Program-made: the position numbers and the translations under genes
The notes under the pieces: generated by a model
The model's input: the letters and a program-made list of their open reading frames with translations, nothing else
Told to the model about the DNA's origin: nothing
The model's database searches: none
In this document: in pieces, positions 38,533 to 50,689 of the stretch
How positions within the stretch are numbered: position 1 is the first letter of the stretch
Layout: each line of letters starts with the position of its first letter
Origin: Corythoichthys intestinalis
Lineage: Eukaryota
Length of the DNA: 64,000 nt
Assembly: GCF_030265065.1 (NCBI RefSeq)
Contig: NC_080410.1
Coordinates: 29,762,661-29,826,660, forward strand
Reading direction: 5' to 3'

Positions 38533-39783
38533 GTGCTGGCCAAATATATTGGCACCCCTGCAATTCTGTCAGATAATGCTCAATTTCTCCCAGAAAATGT
38601 TAGCAATTACAAAAAGTGCCATCAATCAAAAACCAAAGAATGAAAAAAAAAATCATGATCAGTTTTACACAAAACTCAAAAAATGGGCCTGGCACCCTTT
38701 TTTTGGCACCCTTTGAAAAATCGTGATGCCTCCCTAATTTGTTTAATTACCAACACTGGTGGCATTAACTAAATCACACTTGCAGTCAGTTAAAATGGAT
38801 TAAAGTTGACTCAACCCGTGTCCTTGTGTGTACCACATTGAGAATGGAGAAAAGCAAGAAGACCAAAGAACTGTCAGAGGACTTAAGCAAAACTGAGGAA
38901 GCATGGGCATTCTCAAGGCTACAAGTTCATCTCCAAAGACCTCAATGTTCCTGTGTCTACCGTGGGCAGTGTCATCAATAAGTGTAAAGCCCATGGCACT
39001 GTGGCTAACCTCCCTAGATGTGAACGGAAAAGAAAAATTGAGAGATTTCAACGAAAGATCGTGCGGATGGTGGATAAAGAACCTCAACCTACATCCAAAC
39101 AAGTTGCGTAGGTTCCCTGATGTTTTGGGGTTGCTTTGCTACCTCTGGCACTGAACTGCTTGACCATGTGCATGGCATTATGAAGTCTGAAGACTACCAA
39201 CCAATTTTGCAGCATAATGTAGGGCCCAGTGTGAGAAAGCTGGGTCTTCCCCAGAGGTCATGGGTATTCATTCCAGCAGGACAATGACCCAAAACACACT
39301 TCAAAAAGCACAACAAATGGTTTGAGAGAAAGCACTGGAGACTTCTAAAGTGGCCAGCAATGAGTCCAGAGCTGAATCTCATAGAACACCTGTGGAGAGA
39401 TCTGAAAAGGCACCCTTCAAATCTGAGACCTGGAGCAGTTGGCCAAAGAAGAATGGTCTAAAATTCCCGCAGAGCATTTTCAGAAACCCACTGTTGGATA
39501 CCGGAAGCGGTTGTTCGAAGTTATTTTGTCTAAAGGTTGTGCTACCAAGTATTAGGCTGAGGGTGCCAATGCTTTTGTCTCGCCCATTTTTGGGGTTTTG
39601 TGTAAAATGATAATGATTTAATTTTTTAAAAAAATTTTAAATTTTAAATTTTGTGTTTTATCATTGCAAGCAAAATAAATGAAGACATTACTACCAAAGC
39701 ATATGTAATTGCAATAATTTTCTGGGAGAAATTGAGCATTATCTGACAGAACTGCAGAGGTGCCGATACTTTTGGCCAGCACT
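38533..39783 (+). mobile_element. Tc1/mariner family A, second internally deleted copy
   Basis: Same TIRs as 3849..5173 (ctggccaaatatattggcacccctgcaattctgtcagataatgctcaatttctcc ... gcagaggtgccgatacttttggccagcact). Transposase fragments at 38903..39154 and 39350..39610. Confidence 0.85.
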
Positions 39784-40194
39784 ATAAATCATGTTACTTG
39801 ATATTATGTGTCTGGGCTTAACATTTTAGCTGTAAAAATGCTTTGAAACCAAATGTTAGATGCAGAGAAATACAGTTGTACCTCAACATACGAATTTAGT
39901 TTCGGGACGTGGTTTATCTATTGAAATAGTATGTCAAGACTGATAAGAATAATTCGTTGAACAGCCCAAAAAACAAATTCTTAATAAATAATGCAGGTAC
40001 AATTGCACGTAGCTAAAAAAAATAAATTATAAATAGGGAATTAAAAAAGCGTTTTTATTGTCACTGTAACTTGTTGCTGACAGTGACAGCGGGTGTGGAG
40101 GTAGCTGTTACGATGAGCCGTGTTCCAATTCCAGTTCTCACTCGTACATCACGCATGTGTTCGATGATTTCTCATAGATTTCATCACGTATTGA

Positions 40195-40597
40195 CTGGAA
40201 ACGGGGCCGATAAATAGGGGGCCTGCATTGTTGGCGAGGCCGTCAAAGCTGACCAAATGGAATCACAGACGAAGAGCTTTTTTTTGTTGAAAATTCTTTT
40301 GAATAAATGCTTAAATCCTTGAATTCTAGATATGGAGGTGAAAGTCTTGATTCTTGGTTAAAAGCACACACACACACACAAAAAAGTTGCAGGTAGCATT
40401 TATTTTACGTGAATATGTCGAAGTACAATGCTAGCCTGTTAGTCAATATAGCTAGCGGCTGCCTTATGTAAACAGAGCTTTTCCAGTGAAAATTCTTGTG
40501 AAAAAATGCTTAAAGCCCCGAATTCTTCATAGATATGGACGTAAAACAGTCTCGATTCTTGGTTAAAAATAAAAAACGTATAGTTAGTACAGTGTAT
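40195..40597 (-). repeat. Composite interspersed repeat, copy 4 (reverse; 3' module plus 2 units), truncated by the Tc1 family D mini-copy at 40598
   Basis: ccgataaatagggggcctgcattgttggcgaggccgtcaaagctgaccaaatggaatcacagac is the reverse complement of the 3' module. It is followed by two reversed tandem units and a short (CA)8 run. Confidence 0.65.
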
Positions 40598-41008
40598 CAC
40601 AAAAGTGAGTACACTCCTCGCATTTTTGCCCCAAAACATCACTGCTCTAGAGGAGATCTGCATGGAGGAATGGGCCAAAATACCAGCAACAGTGTGTGAA
40701 AAGCTTGTGTAGAGTTACGGGAAACGTTTGGCCTCCGTTATTGCCAACAAAGGGTACATAACAAAGTATTGAGATGAACTTTATGTATAGACCAAATACT
40801 TATTTTCCACCATGATTTGCAAAAAAAAAAAAAATTCTTTAAAAATCAAAAATGTGATTTTCCTGTTTTTTTTCCACATTGTCTCTTATGGTTGAGGTTT
40901 ACCCATGTTGACAATTACAGGCCTCTCTCATAATTTCAAGTGGGAGAACTGCACAATTAGTGGTTCACTAAATACTTATTTGTCCCACTGAAGCTAACAT
41001 TGCTACGT
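40598..41008 (+). mobile_element. Tc1 family D, internally deleted mini-copy (5' TIR joined to 3' end)
   Basis: 5' tacagtgtatcacaaaagtgagtacactcctcgcattttt, then the C-terminal transposase tail (...[24 protein letters not shown]...ANKGYITKY), then 3' TIR ...cactgaagctaacattgctacgttcc. Same family as 45377.. and 52225.. Confidence 0.75.
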
Positions 41009-41100
41009 TCCAAAGTGCATTGAAGGAAAAATGGTTGGCAGTGAAAAGGACCCAGCCCGTAGTCAGCACACAATCCAACAGCGCCTGAAAATGGTGATCA

Positions 41101-41507
41101 TCAGGCTCCGAAACGGCCGACGTCGGCAAGTCCGTCTTCCACCTTGCGGTGCGTGCGTGCATGTTTCTTGAGTGTGTCGCCATCGCTGAAGGTGCGGCGA
41201 CACACGCCGCAGCGGTACGGACGTTCGCCCGTGTGGATGCGCACGTGGCGCCGTAGGTTACCTCTCTGGCTGAAGCTCTTGGTGCAGAAGGTGCAGCGGT
41301 GCGGCCGCTCGCCCGTGTGCGTGCGTACGTGTCGCCGCAGGTCTGCCGACTGCGCGAATGATTTGCAGCACCAGTCGCACGCGTAGGTTTTGCGCTTCTG
41401 TTCCAGGTGTAGGCAAAGACGAGATGCCTGGGAGAAGACTTCGCTGCAGCGGGGGCACTCGTACACCGAGGCGCCTGCCGCCGCTGCTGCCGTCTCGCCA
41501 AAATGCC
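41101..41507 (-). CDS. Terminal exon of the same ZNF gene: 4 C2H2 fingers, stop at 41103..41101. Acceptor follows a T18 tract: ttttacccgcag|GG.
   Basis: (G)HFGETAAAAAGASVYECPRCSEVFSQASRLCLHLEQKRKTYACDWCCKSFAQSADLRRHVRTHTGERPHRCTFCTKSFSQRGNLRRHVRIHTGERPYRCGVCRRTFSDGDTLKKHARTHRKVEDGLADVGRFGA*. Has canonical C-x2-C-x12-H-x3-H spacing and TGERP linkers. Acceptor phase (needs 1 nt) matches the phase-1 donor of the 50243..50465 exon, so the predicted protein is about 210 aa. Confidence 0.5.
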
Positions 41508-41698
41508 CTGCGGGTAAAAAAAAAAAAAAAAAAGTCAGGAAATGATAATAGCGGCTGCCATTTACGGCGCTAGACATCCAATTCACTGTCTATCGTCGTC
41601 AATGGTAGTGAATGAGTCAAGAACATGAAATGCAATCAAACATTTTTGATTCAGCTAATAGAGGTGTATTGATTTATTTGTATCGATTAATCTATTAC

Positions 41699-42105
41699 AC
41701 TGCTGGCCAAAAGTATTGGCATGCCTGCAATTCTGTCAGATAATGCTCAATATCTCCCAGAAATTGATTGCAATTACAAATGCTTTGGTAGTAATATCTT
41801 CATTCCATTATTTTTGCTTGCAATGAAAAAACACAAAAGAGAATGGGAAAAAAATAATAATCATTATCATTTTACAAAAAACTCCAAAAATGGACCGGAC
41901 AAAAGTATTAGCACCCTTTGAAAAATCATGTGATGCTTCTCTAATTTGTGTAATTAACAGCACCTGTTACTTGCCTGTGGCACTTAACAGGTGGTGGCAA
42001 TAACTAAATCACACTTGCAGCCAGTTAAAATGGATTAAAGTTGACTCAACCTCTGTCCTGTGTCCTTGTTTGTACCATATTGAGCATGGAGAAAAGGGGG
42101 CTAAG
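41699..42105 (+). mobile_element. Tc1/mariner family A, 5' fragment only (TIR plus about 350 bp)
   Basis: ctggccaaaagtattggcatgcctgcaattctgtcagataatgctcaatatctcccagaaattgattgcaattacaaatgc aligns to the 5' ends of the other two family A copies. Confidence 0.7.
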
Positions 42106-43734
42106 GGGGCCAGCCCCCCCGTGGTGGCCTAAAAGTGTAATTGCATGTTTTTGACTTTCCTATATATATATATATAAAAGTTGTAAAGCAATAAAACTGC
42201 AACAAAAATGAAATGAACAAAAACACATATTTTTATAATGGGTCGAAATTATTTTTCAAGCACCTTTGTCATTTGCTTTGCATATAATTTAAAATATATA
42301 CTAGAGAAAAAAATATTTTTTTAAATGATTTTTTTCTCTAATTTTTTTTTTTTTTTTGATTGAAGCAACTTTTTGGGGGATTGAATGATTTAGACACAAA
42401 TGTCTTAATCATAATATGGCCCAAACAAAAAAAAGAATTGCTTCAATCAAAGAAAACTTTTTCAATGAAAAATTAAGTGTTCAAATGCAAATTTTTCAAT
42501 CTCAAATATTTTTTCGCATTCAAAAACTTTTTCTATGGTTGAAATTGTTCATTTTTTGATTGAATTGATTTTTCTTTTTGAAAATATTTTTTTAAGCAAC
42601 TTATTTTTTGATTGAATAATAAAAAGGGGATATAATTTTTTACCGTGGTAACTACATTGGCACGACACTGGCGTGCGTACCAAATTCAATGGATGATGAT
42701 CTTGGCGATAAGTATTGCCTAAGCAGCCTGATTTAGAATTCCCCTCAAGAATGATGGGAAACAAAAAACGTTCGTTGTCAACTTATTATTTTAAATATTC
42801 TTGTAAGTTAATTTGATTGCTGACACTGTGTTTTGGGTTCATCAACATGCTGTGCCCCCTCCGGCCCCAAAAGTCAAACTCCGCCTGTACAAAGAACTGT
42901 CTGAGGACTTGAGAAGCAAAATTGTGAGGAAGCATGGGCAATCTCAAGGCTACAAATCCATCTCCAAAGACCTGAATGTTCCTCTGTCTAACGTGTGCAG
43001 TGTCATCAATAAGTGTAACGCCCATGGCATTGTGGCTAACCTCCCTAGATGTGACATATTTGTCCAGTGGTTTGATTTACAGCAACTGAAAAACACAATG
43101 GTATTGAAATCACGCCACGACTGAATCGGATCCGATCTTGTGACCAAATAAGATAATTTCCGATACTCCACAATAGCCGTCTCGGGTAAAATTATCGCAG
43201 TTAAGGTGAAATGTCAAAGATCCGCAGGCATTTTGTGTAGGAAGGTGACTTTTTGGAATTGTTTGGGGATAGTGACTTGGAATTTTGAAAGAACTTAACG
43301 ACATAGACAAGCTCAGTTTTAGCTAACAGCGCAGCCTCGACTTGAGTCGGTTCATTTCCGTCCATTACCGTTTCGTTCCAGTTCCTCTCGCCCACCGCTC
43401 CGGACATCCTTCAAGGAACTGACTTGCGCCTCACGTTTGAGGGGCGTGACCTGGGGGTCCACCTTTTCACTTTTGATGACAGGAAGGGGCGGGACTGCGG
43501 GTTCATTTCGGAGCGCCGGAAGAATGAGCGTATGTTTGGGAGGGGTCTGGTCTGGACGGGTGAGAGGAGACGTCAAGACAGACACCGACACCCGCTCGGG
43601 CGTGCTTGGCGGGGGCGCTTTCACGATGTCGGGAACGCGGGCTTCCTCCGGGTTCCCAACGACCAGACGCTTGCTAGTACCTGAAAGAATAGGAGAGCAT
43701 CAAAAGTCACAAAACGTGACTATTGCAAACATAC

Positions 43735-45046
43735 CGTATTGGCCCGAATATAAGACGGTGTATTTTGCATTAAAATAAGACTGAAAAAGAGGGGGTTGTC
43801 TTATATTCAGGGTCTAGACATTATACCCATTCACGACGCTAGATGGCGCCAGATATCATTGAAGCGATGTTCTTTCATGACAGATCTCAGCTACTCTCCC
43901 CATTCACGATGCTTGATGGCGGCAGATATCATTGAAGCGATGTTCTGTCATGACAGATCTCAGCTACTCTCAAGTTTAACCAGTTTGCATTATTTTATTG
44001 CAATGTTTTTCCTTATTCACATTTGTTTCAAGAATACAGTTACAGTCAGACTTCACTTTGATGGTTTATGTAGTTATTGCAATTTTCTTGTTTTGTCACA
44101 ATAGATTGGTTTATTTTAGGGCTGTCAAACGATTAAAATTTTTAATCGAGTTAATTACAGCTTAAAAATTAATTAATCGCAATTAATCGCAATTCAAACC
44201 ATCTATAAAATATGCCATATTTTTCTGTATATTATTGTTGGAATGGAAAGATAAGACACAAGATGGATATATACATTCAACATACGGTACACAAGTACTG
44301 TATTTGTTTACAATAAATCAACAAGATGGCAATAACATTATTAACATTCTGTTAAAGTGATCCATGGATAGAAAGACTTGTAGTTGTTAAAGATGAATAT
44401 TAGTATAGTATAGTATAGTTATAGAAATTTTATATTAAAACCCCTCTTAATGTTTTCGTTTTAATAAAATTTGTAAAATTTTCAATCCAAAAATAAACTA
44501 GTAGCCCGCCATTGTTGATGTCAATAACTACTTACACAATGGTAATGGATGCTGAAGCCAATAAAAGCAGTCGCACCCGAGCGCCAGCAGAGGGCGGAAA
44601 AACTCCATAAAACACAATTAACAAGTTGGCCTTTCACTATACTGACATTTAAATCTGTCTGAGCGGGGCTAGTGCGTTAATTGCGTCAAATATTTTAACG
44701 TGATTAATTTAAAAAATTAATTACCGCCCGTTAACGCGATAATTTTGACAGCCCTAGTTTATTTACATTTCAAAAACCAGGAGCCATTCATTTACGAATG
44801 TGATTGCACTTTAGTTTACAGATTTAAATGTGCAGATATTAAGATTTAAATGAGGCAAAATGACATGCTTTTTCTCTCAAATATATTGTTATAATCATTT
44901 GTTTCGGATGTACTGTAATTATTTTCTGTATAAAAATTAATTTGATGTTCAAAAAGTCTTTTTTTCAAACTTGAGTCTTGAAAAAGAGGGGGTCGTCTTA
45001 TAGTCAGAGCTGTCTTATATTCTGGCCAGTATGGTACTTCACCCAT
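43735..45046 (-). mobile_element. Long-TIR MITE family 2, second copy (opposite orientation), carrying nested MITE family 1 copy 2
   Basis: Termini taccgtattggcccgaatataagacgg... and ...cttatattctggccagtatggta. Internal sequence is collinear (reverse complement) with 22700..23290, including the duplicated cattcacgacgctagatggcgccagatatcattgaagcgatgttct block. Confidence 0.7.
44119..44755 (+). mobile_element. MITE family 1, copy 2 (about 640 bp), nested inside the long-TIR MITE at 43735..45046
   Basis: Same termini as copy 1 (gggctgtcaaacgattaaaatttttaatcgagttaattacagc ... taattaccgcccgttaacgcgataattttgacagccc). Internal sequence is collinear with copies 1 and 3. Confidence 0.75.
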
Positions 45047-45376
45047 TGGCTGCCTCTGACGTCACTGGAGGTCCAGTCCATTTTGACTGGGAGGGCTGGC
45101 AGGATCTTGGACCTCTAGTGATGTCACTGGCCGTGAAACATGATCATTTAATGCCGTGGTTTGGAGGACACAGAATGTCTCCTTCACGTTCAATTTAGCG
45201 ACGTGTTTAGCCTGCTTGTCACCACAATAGTAACAGTTTCGCCATCGCCGAAGGCAAATTACCGTGTTAAACTTGTAGAAAGGCATTCAAAGTAAGGCTG
45301 TTCGATTAATCGATTTTGAAGGATATTCAGCCTTGAAACATTCACCACTTCTTCATTTTTGTCGGCAGACTTTGAT

Positions 45377-46215
45377 GTACAGTGTATCACAAAAGTGAGT
45401 ACACCCCTTGCATTTCTGCAGATATTTAAGTATATCTTTTCATGGGACAACACTGACAAAATGACACTTTGACTGTCTGTGTGCAGCTTATATAATAAGA
45501 GTTAATTTATTTTTCCCTCAAAAAATTGTCATTGGCTTGTCATTTTCCCTCCAAAATGTCATGTGACTCCTTACAGGAGTGCTGTCAGCATTGCTGCAGA
45601 GATTGAAGAGGTGGGGGGTCAGCCTGTTAGTGCTCAAAGCATACACTGCCCTCTACATCAAATTGGTGTGCGTGGCTGTCACCCCAGGAGGAAGCCTCTT
45701 CTGAAGACGGTACACAAGAAAGCCCGCAAACAGTTTACTGAAGACATGTAAACAAAGCACATGGATTACTGGAACCATGTCCTAAGGTCTGATGAGACAG
45801 GTAATGACTATTCTAGCTGGAAACGTCCGGTTTTAATGCAATATCTACGTAGTTTTGTACAGAGGCCCATTTACAGCAAACATCACGCCAGTGTTTTAAA
45901 GGTACATTGTGGTTGCTAGTTGCCTTAGAAGGATAATAGATGATTAGAAAACCCTGTACAATTATGTTAGCACAGCTCAAAACACTTTAGGTGGTTAGAG
46001 AAGCTATTAAAACTGATCTTCCTTTGAGCTAGTTGGGTATTTGGAGCATCACCTTTGTGGGTTTGATTAAACTCTCAAAATGGCCAGAAAAAGACAACTT
46101 TCATGTGAAACTGAAGTGAAGGCTATTCCATAAGAGAAATTGCCAAGAAACTGAAGATTCCCTATAACGCTGTGTACCACTCCCTTCAGAGAGCAGCACA
46201 AACAAGATCTAACCA
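45377..46215 (+). mobile_element. Tc1 family D, 5' half (TIR plus transposase N-terminal region)
   Basis: TIR tacagtgtatcacaaaagtgagtacaccccttgcatttctg matches 40598. ORF 45563..45751 and the HTH-region fragment near 46100..46210. Confidence 0.65.
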
Positions 46216-46306
46216 GTAGAGCTGGGAATCTTTGGGCACCTAACGATTCGATTACGATTCAGAGGCTCCGATTCGATTATAAAACGATTATTGATGCACC
46301 CCCCTC

Positions 46307-46337
<31 letters not shown>

Positions 46338-47084
46338 GTTTTGTACATTAGTTCCATAATTGTTCAAAAATACTCTCAGGCTAAACCAAATTACTATTTC
46401 AGTATCACGTTAACATATAGCAGTAAACAAATATACAAAAATAACAGTAAATAAAAAACTCCAGTCCCCATTCTGTATCAGCAGCTTTAAACTACATTCA
46501 ATTAATTTAATGTTGTGAATCAACCGTTAAAGTTGTTAAAATTGCTCCCGTTATTCCATAATTTCCCTTTTGTCTACTTTCGACATGTGAAAGTTTTAAA
46601 ACTATTTTAAAGATAGATTTAAGTCAATATTTTACCGATTTGGGAGTATTTTAGATAAAAAGTTAATTAGGTTCGCTTGGAAGGTTCGCTACAACAGCCT
46701 TGCACGGAAGTGTACTGCTTTAAGATGGCGGCTGTTTGCTAACGCTCGCATCTAGCTTTTTGTAGATGTTCTGCTAACGCTATCGAATCTATAATGCATC
46801 TAGTCCTATATAAATGATACCTACCGTAACATTATGTGGATGTACTTTGTAGCAGCTTTTCGGCAGCAGTCAGGTATGTTGTTGTGTTTTTTATCTCGTG
46901 GCATGAGTTGAGCTAGAGCCGTGAGTTGAGCATTGGCATTACCCGAGGGGCCGGGTAATGAGAAGCATGATGTTTAGCTACTCTCGCTCCGTTCTTCATT
47001 GTGCCGAAGACCGCGCGGCGCGCTGAGTGTGTTGTACTTTCGCTTTACTTGGCATATTTCAATAATCGGAATTTGGATGTTTGT

Positions 47085-47560
47085 GAATCAATTCAATTCA
47101 ATTCAATTTTATTTGTATAGCCCTAAATCACAACAACAATGTCTCAAAGGGCTTTACAGAAATGAAGCAACAAAAATGAATAGATACAGTTCAAGTCCTG
47201 GGTATCCCCTATCCTTAAGACCCTCCATGCCGGCAAGGAAAAACTCCAAAAACTCCAGAGTCAATTGGGAGAAAAATGAGAAACCTCGGGGAGTACCACA
47301 GTCAGGAGAGATCCACTCCCAGGACGGATAGACAGGAACCCCAGAAGTGCTAGTGGGAATTAGCAGGCGAAGTTACAGTCCGTAAAAATACAGTTGAATA
47401 AAGGAGCAAGAAGAGGTCCATCTAGCCAGATGAGACAGGGGAAGCAGCGAGGACGTCTATCCAGCCAGAGGTCCGGACAGTCAGGAGGCTGCAGCTGAAA
47501 AATAGCCCCTCCCCAGAGGGGAATCGTTCTCGAATCTTCCACGGCTGAATCGCAAATAAT
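47085..47560 (-). mobile_element. Possible 5'-truncated LINE 3'-end fragment or SINE, with an (aattg)4 tail
   Basis: caattcaattcaattcaattttatttgtatagccctaaatcacaacaacaatgtctcaaagggctttacag is similar over about 50 bp to the 3' terminus of the L2-like LINE at 28850..28880 (ttatttatagcgcgcttttaccggtgctcaaaggcgctttacag). Confidence 0.3.
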
Positions 47561-48876
47561 CTAAGAATCGGAAATTTTGCACACCTCTACTAACCAGAGT
47601 AGGAAGAGAAGCGGGAGGCCCCGCTGCACAACCGAGCAAGAAGACAAGTACGTTAACGTCTCGATTTTGACAAATAGATGCCTCGCTTGTCCTCATCTAG
47701 CAGCTTCATTAAATAGTACCCATAAAACGCTAGTGTCAATGTCGACAGTGAAGAGACGACTCTAGGTGCTGGTTTTCAGGGTTGCGTGGCAGAGGAAAAA
47801 GCTTTATCTGAGACTGGATAATAAAACGAAACAAATGTTTTGTATTCATAAACGTGTCCTCAGTTGATCTGGAAATAATGATCCTATTGCGTGTTATTAT
47901 TGACATATCTTTTTGCCACAAGATGGCAGGATGGGACTTAATGGTCTAAAGTGCTACTTATAGTGCTTCATTTTTTGTTTGACTTCGATTACTTTGATTT
48001 GTGGGACTGCCTGTGAAGACAGCATGAGAGATGGATGTATCCGCATGTCGGTGGAAATTAAACGCTGAGTTTTGGCTGAAAGAAAACGTATTCTCCGTCA
48101 ATTATTCCTATGAATGCGTCGTTAACCTGCAACCACCTCAACAATTTCCAACCTTGCAATGTCTTGACTATATTTTCTATTCATTTTGAAACTCATTTTA
48201 AAAATAAAAGTGTGGCTTTTGAAGGAAAACACAAAATTGTCTCGGTGACCCCAAACTTTTTAACGGTAGTGTATATAAATTATCAGTTTTTGTTAGCTGT
48301 TTGTGAAGTTTTGTGTTTGCACGTTACTTTCACTTACACCCTGTGTGACTCCTGGGGGCTAAGCCCACACTGTTTTCAAAACCTTGTGACGCCCCTAATT
48401 TTCTTGTTAAACAAAATCGAACAGCCCTAGCAAAGTTCCGGCTGAGCAGCGGTTTCTCCACCCTGGCTGCAAAAGCGAGGGAGCTTAAAGCTGGAATGTG
48501 AAGTAATTTCATAACATGCCAACTAGGGTCACAATTAAAGTAATTAAACATTGTCCAACAAATAAAGCAGATCCTGCAGCGCTCATACATATAAAATAAT
48601 AATATAAAAACGTTGGGGGGGGGGGGGGGGGTCGTTGATGGCTTTCTCCACTTTATTGTGGCAACAATAAGAAAACAATATAGTGTCTTGTTATGAGCGT
48701 TTTGTTGACAAAGGTATCGAACACACGACGTGCTTACAACTTTGTTGCTTTATTAACACATGGAGCTAACAATAGCCGGGGCTTTCGGCAGTAAGTGGCG
48801 TCTAATGACGTGAGGAAATGTAGTTTTTTCACACAAGCGAACGGATTACAAAGCACCACTTCAGTGTTGTCCCGAG

Positions 48877-48901
48877 ACTACATTTCCCATGATTCACTGC
48901 G
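48877..48901 (+). promoter_or_regulatory. Near-consensus ZNF143 (Staf) SBS motif ACTACATTTCCCATGATTCACTGCG
   Basis: Matches the extended SBS consensus (ACTACAaTTCCCAgnAtGCatTGCG) at almost every conserved position. An inverted CCAAT (gccgtcattggggcg, about 49610) and a GT-donor-terminated untranslated stretch (about 49150..49257, ...ttttcg|gtgagg) lie downstream. Confidence 0.45.
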
Positions 48902-50242
48902 TGACTTGAGCCGCTCTCTGATTCGCTGCGAGATTGACTCACTGCCAACACGCTTGCTGTCACCTGTCAGCGGCTCTCGCGAAACATAAACTAGAAGGCT
49001 ATCAAGCGATCACCGTGAAAGAAACGCCGCTACAAATGCAATGCAATGCTTGAAGCATGAAGGTGGAAATACATAATACAAATACAAATACAAATAAATG
49101 TGCACAAACTCACCGGCGGTGTAAACCTGCTGCTGTCAACGCTCTAGTAGGTCGCATTTCACAGCATTCTGCAGCGGTCTTCCTCGCCAGCTGTTTGCTC
49201 GCCATTCACGCTCGTTTGCATTTGATCGCTAGTCCGATACACTCCCGCTTTTTCGGTGAGGTCTTTTGTGTTTATTCGTTATTGGATCGTTTTTGTTCAC
49301 CGCTGTAAATAAGAGCACTGAAGTAATAGGTGTAAGTCGCCATTTCTGTTCAACCCGTTTTCTCCTGCTTTGTTTAGCGTAAGAAGCTAGGTTAGTGGCA
49401 GTCTTTTCTTTGTTCTTTTTCATGATCAGGGTTTAGTTAGCGGGTGGGGTTCAAGTGTAGATTCCTTTTGTTTGTTGTTTTGGCCTGGGCTTACCCTGAA
49501 GCCGCGCTTCATCTCCATTTTGTACATATTCATTGCAAGTTTGATTGTTGTGTAAATAAATTTGTGCCACTTGTGAAATTGTGTGGCTCGTTTTATGTTA
49601 CGCCCTTCGCGAGCCGTCATTGGGGCGTAACACTAGCGAACATAACAACAACTATGATCGATGATTGCCACGAGTTGGCTTTCGGCTAACGTCTAGCTTC
49701 TACTGTACATTTCACAACAGTTGGCAGCTCTGCTTGACAAAGTCATCAGTCATCTATCCAAAAATCACACTTACTTTTTGGCAAATACTTGATCATAAGC
49801 AGACCGGTTAAGGAAGCAGGCATCTTCGAAGTGTTTGCAGCAGAGAAGACTACTTGATGATGGCGTGAAATTCATTCGCTTCGTGCGAACGAAAGATGTC
49901 CATTTACGAGCCCTGCTATCCTTTGGCCACTCATACAACTTTTCGTTTTAGTGAGAACAAAACATCGCCACACACCGCCGTGGCATCTTACCGAGAAGCA
50001 ATGCAACAAACAATACTGTTCTATGGCGGACTTCCCTCGCACGTCTAGGTGTGACGTAATTTCCGAAGATTGCCGAAGAAAAGCATTTTCGTTGTCAAGG
50101 GCGTTGCTATGGGTTAAACAAAGAATCTGGAAGGGTTGCGTTAAAAAAAAAATGAAAATATGCTTAGCCATTGATATTATTCAAAAACATGGTTGGCCAA
50201 CCTTACTTCACATTAATGCTTTAGGTGTTTGCTGTCCCTTAC

Positions 50243-50465
50243 CGGGAGACGGAGGCCGAACCCGAGGTTCGTCTGGCAGCCTGAGGAAGTCGCCGAGCTG
50301 CCGTCGCAATTTCTCGTTCTCCAGCCGCGTCCGTAGCGTCTCGTCTCGGTACTCGCTGACAGCGTCTTCCACCACGTCCACGATATCCCGCAGCAGCTGC
50401 GTAAGGCGCTCTGTCAGGTAACCGCTCAGCACATCACCTTTGTTCAATTGCCTTATTTTGCTCAT
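50243..50465 (-). CDS. Exon 1 of a teleost-type C2H2 zinc-finger gene (ATG at 50465 on minus; donor CCC G|gtaagg, phase 1)
   Basis: MSKIRQLNKGDVLSGYLTERLTQLLRDIVDVVEDAVSEYRDETLRTRLENEKLRRQLGDFLRLPDEPRVRPPSP(G). This resembles the conserved roughly 60-aa N-terminal exon seen on many teleost ZNF genes (L..ERL..A.EEI....E.TI.EYE.E..R...EN.RQR.LL), by recollection. Clean GT donor. Confidence 0.5.
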
Positions 50466-50689
50466 CTTGCTCACTCGCGGTGCTCGGCATCCAGGAAATG
50501 ACGGCAAAACTCACCGGAAGTCGCCCAAATATTTAGTCTTAAAAATTCTGACGAGACATTTTGCTCCGACAAGGAACTTGTTTTTTTTTCCCTTAATGTG
50601 GCAGATTAGTTGAGCAAAACCAACTCAAGAACTATGGAGGACCAGGAGTGCAAAAATTCAATATATAAATACACAATTAAATAAATAAT

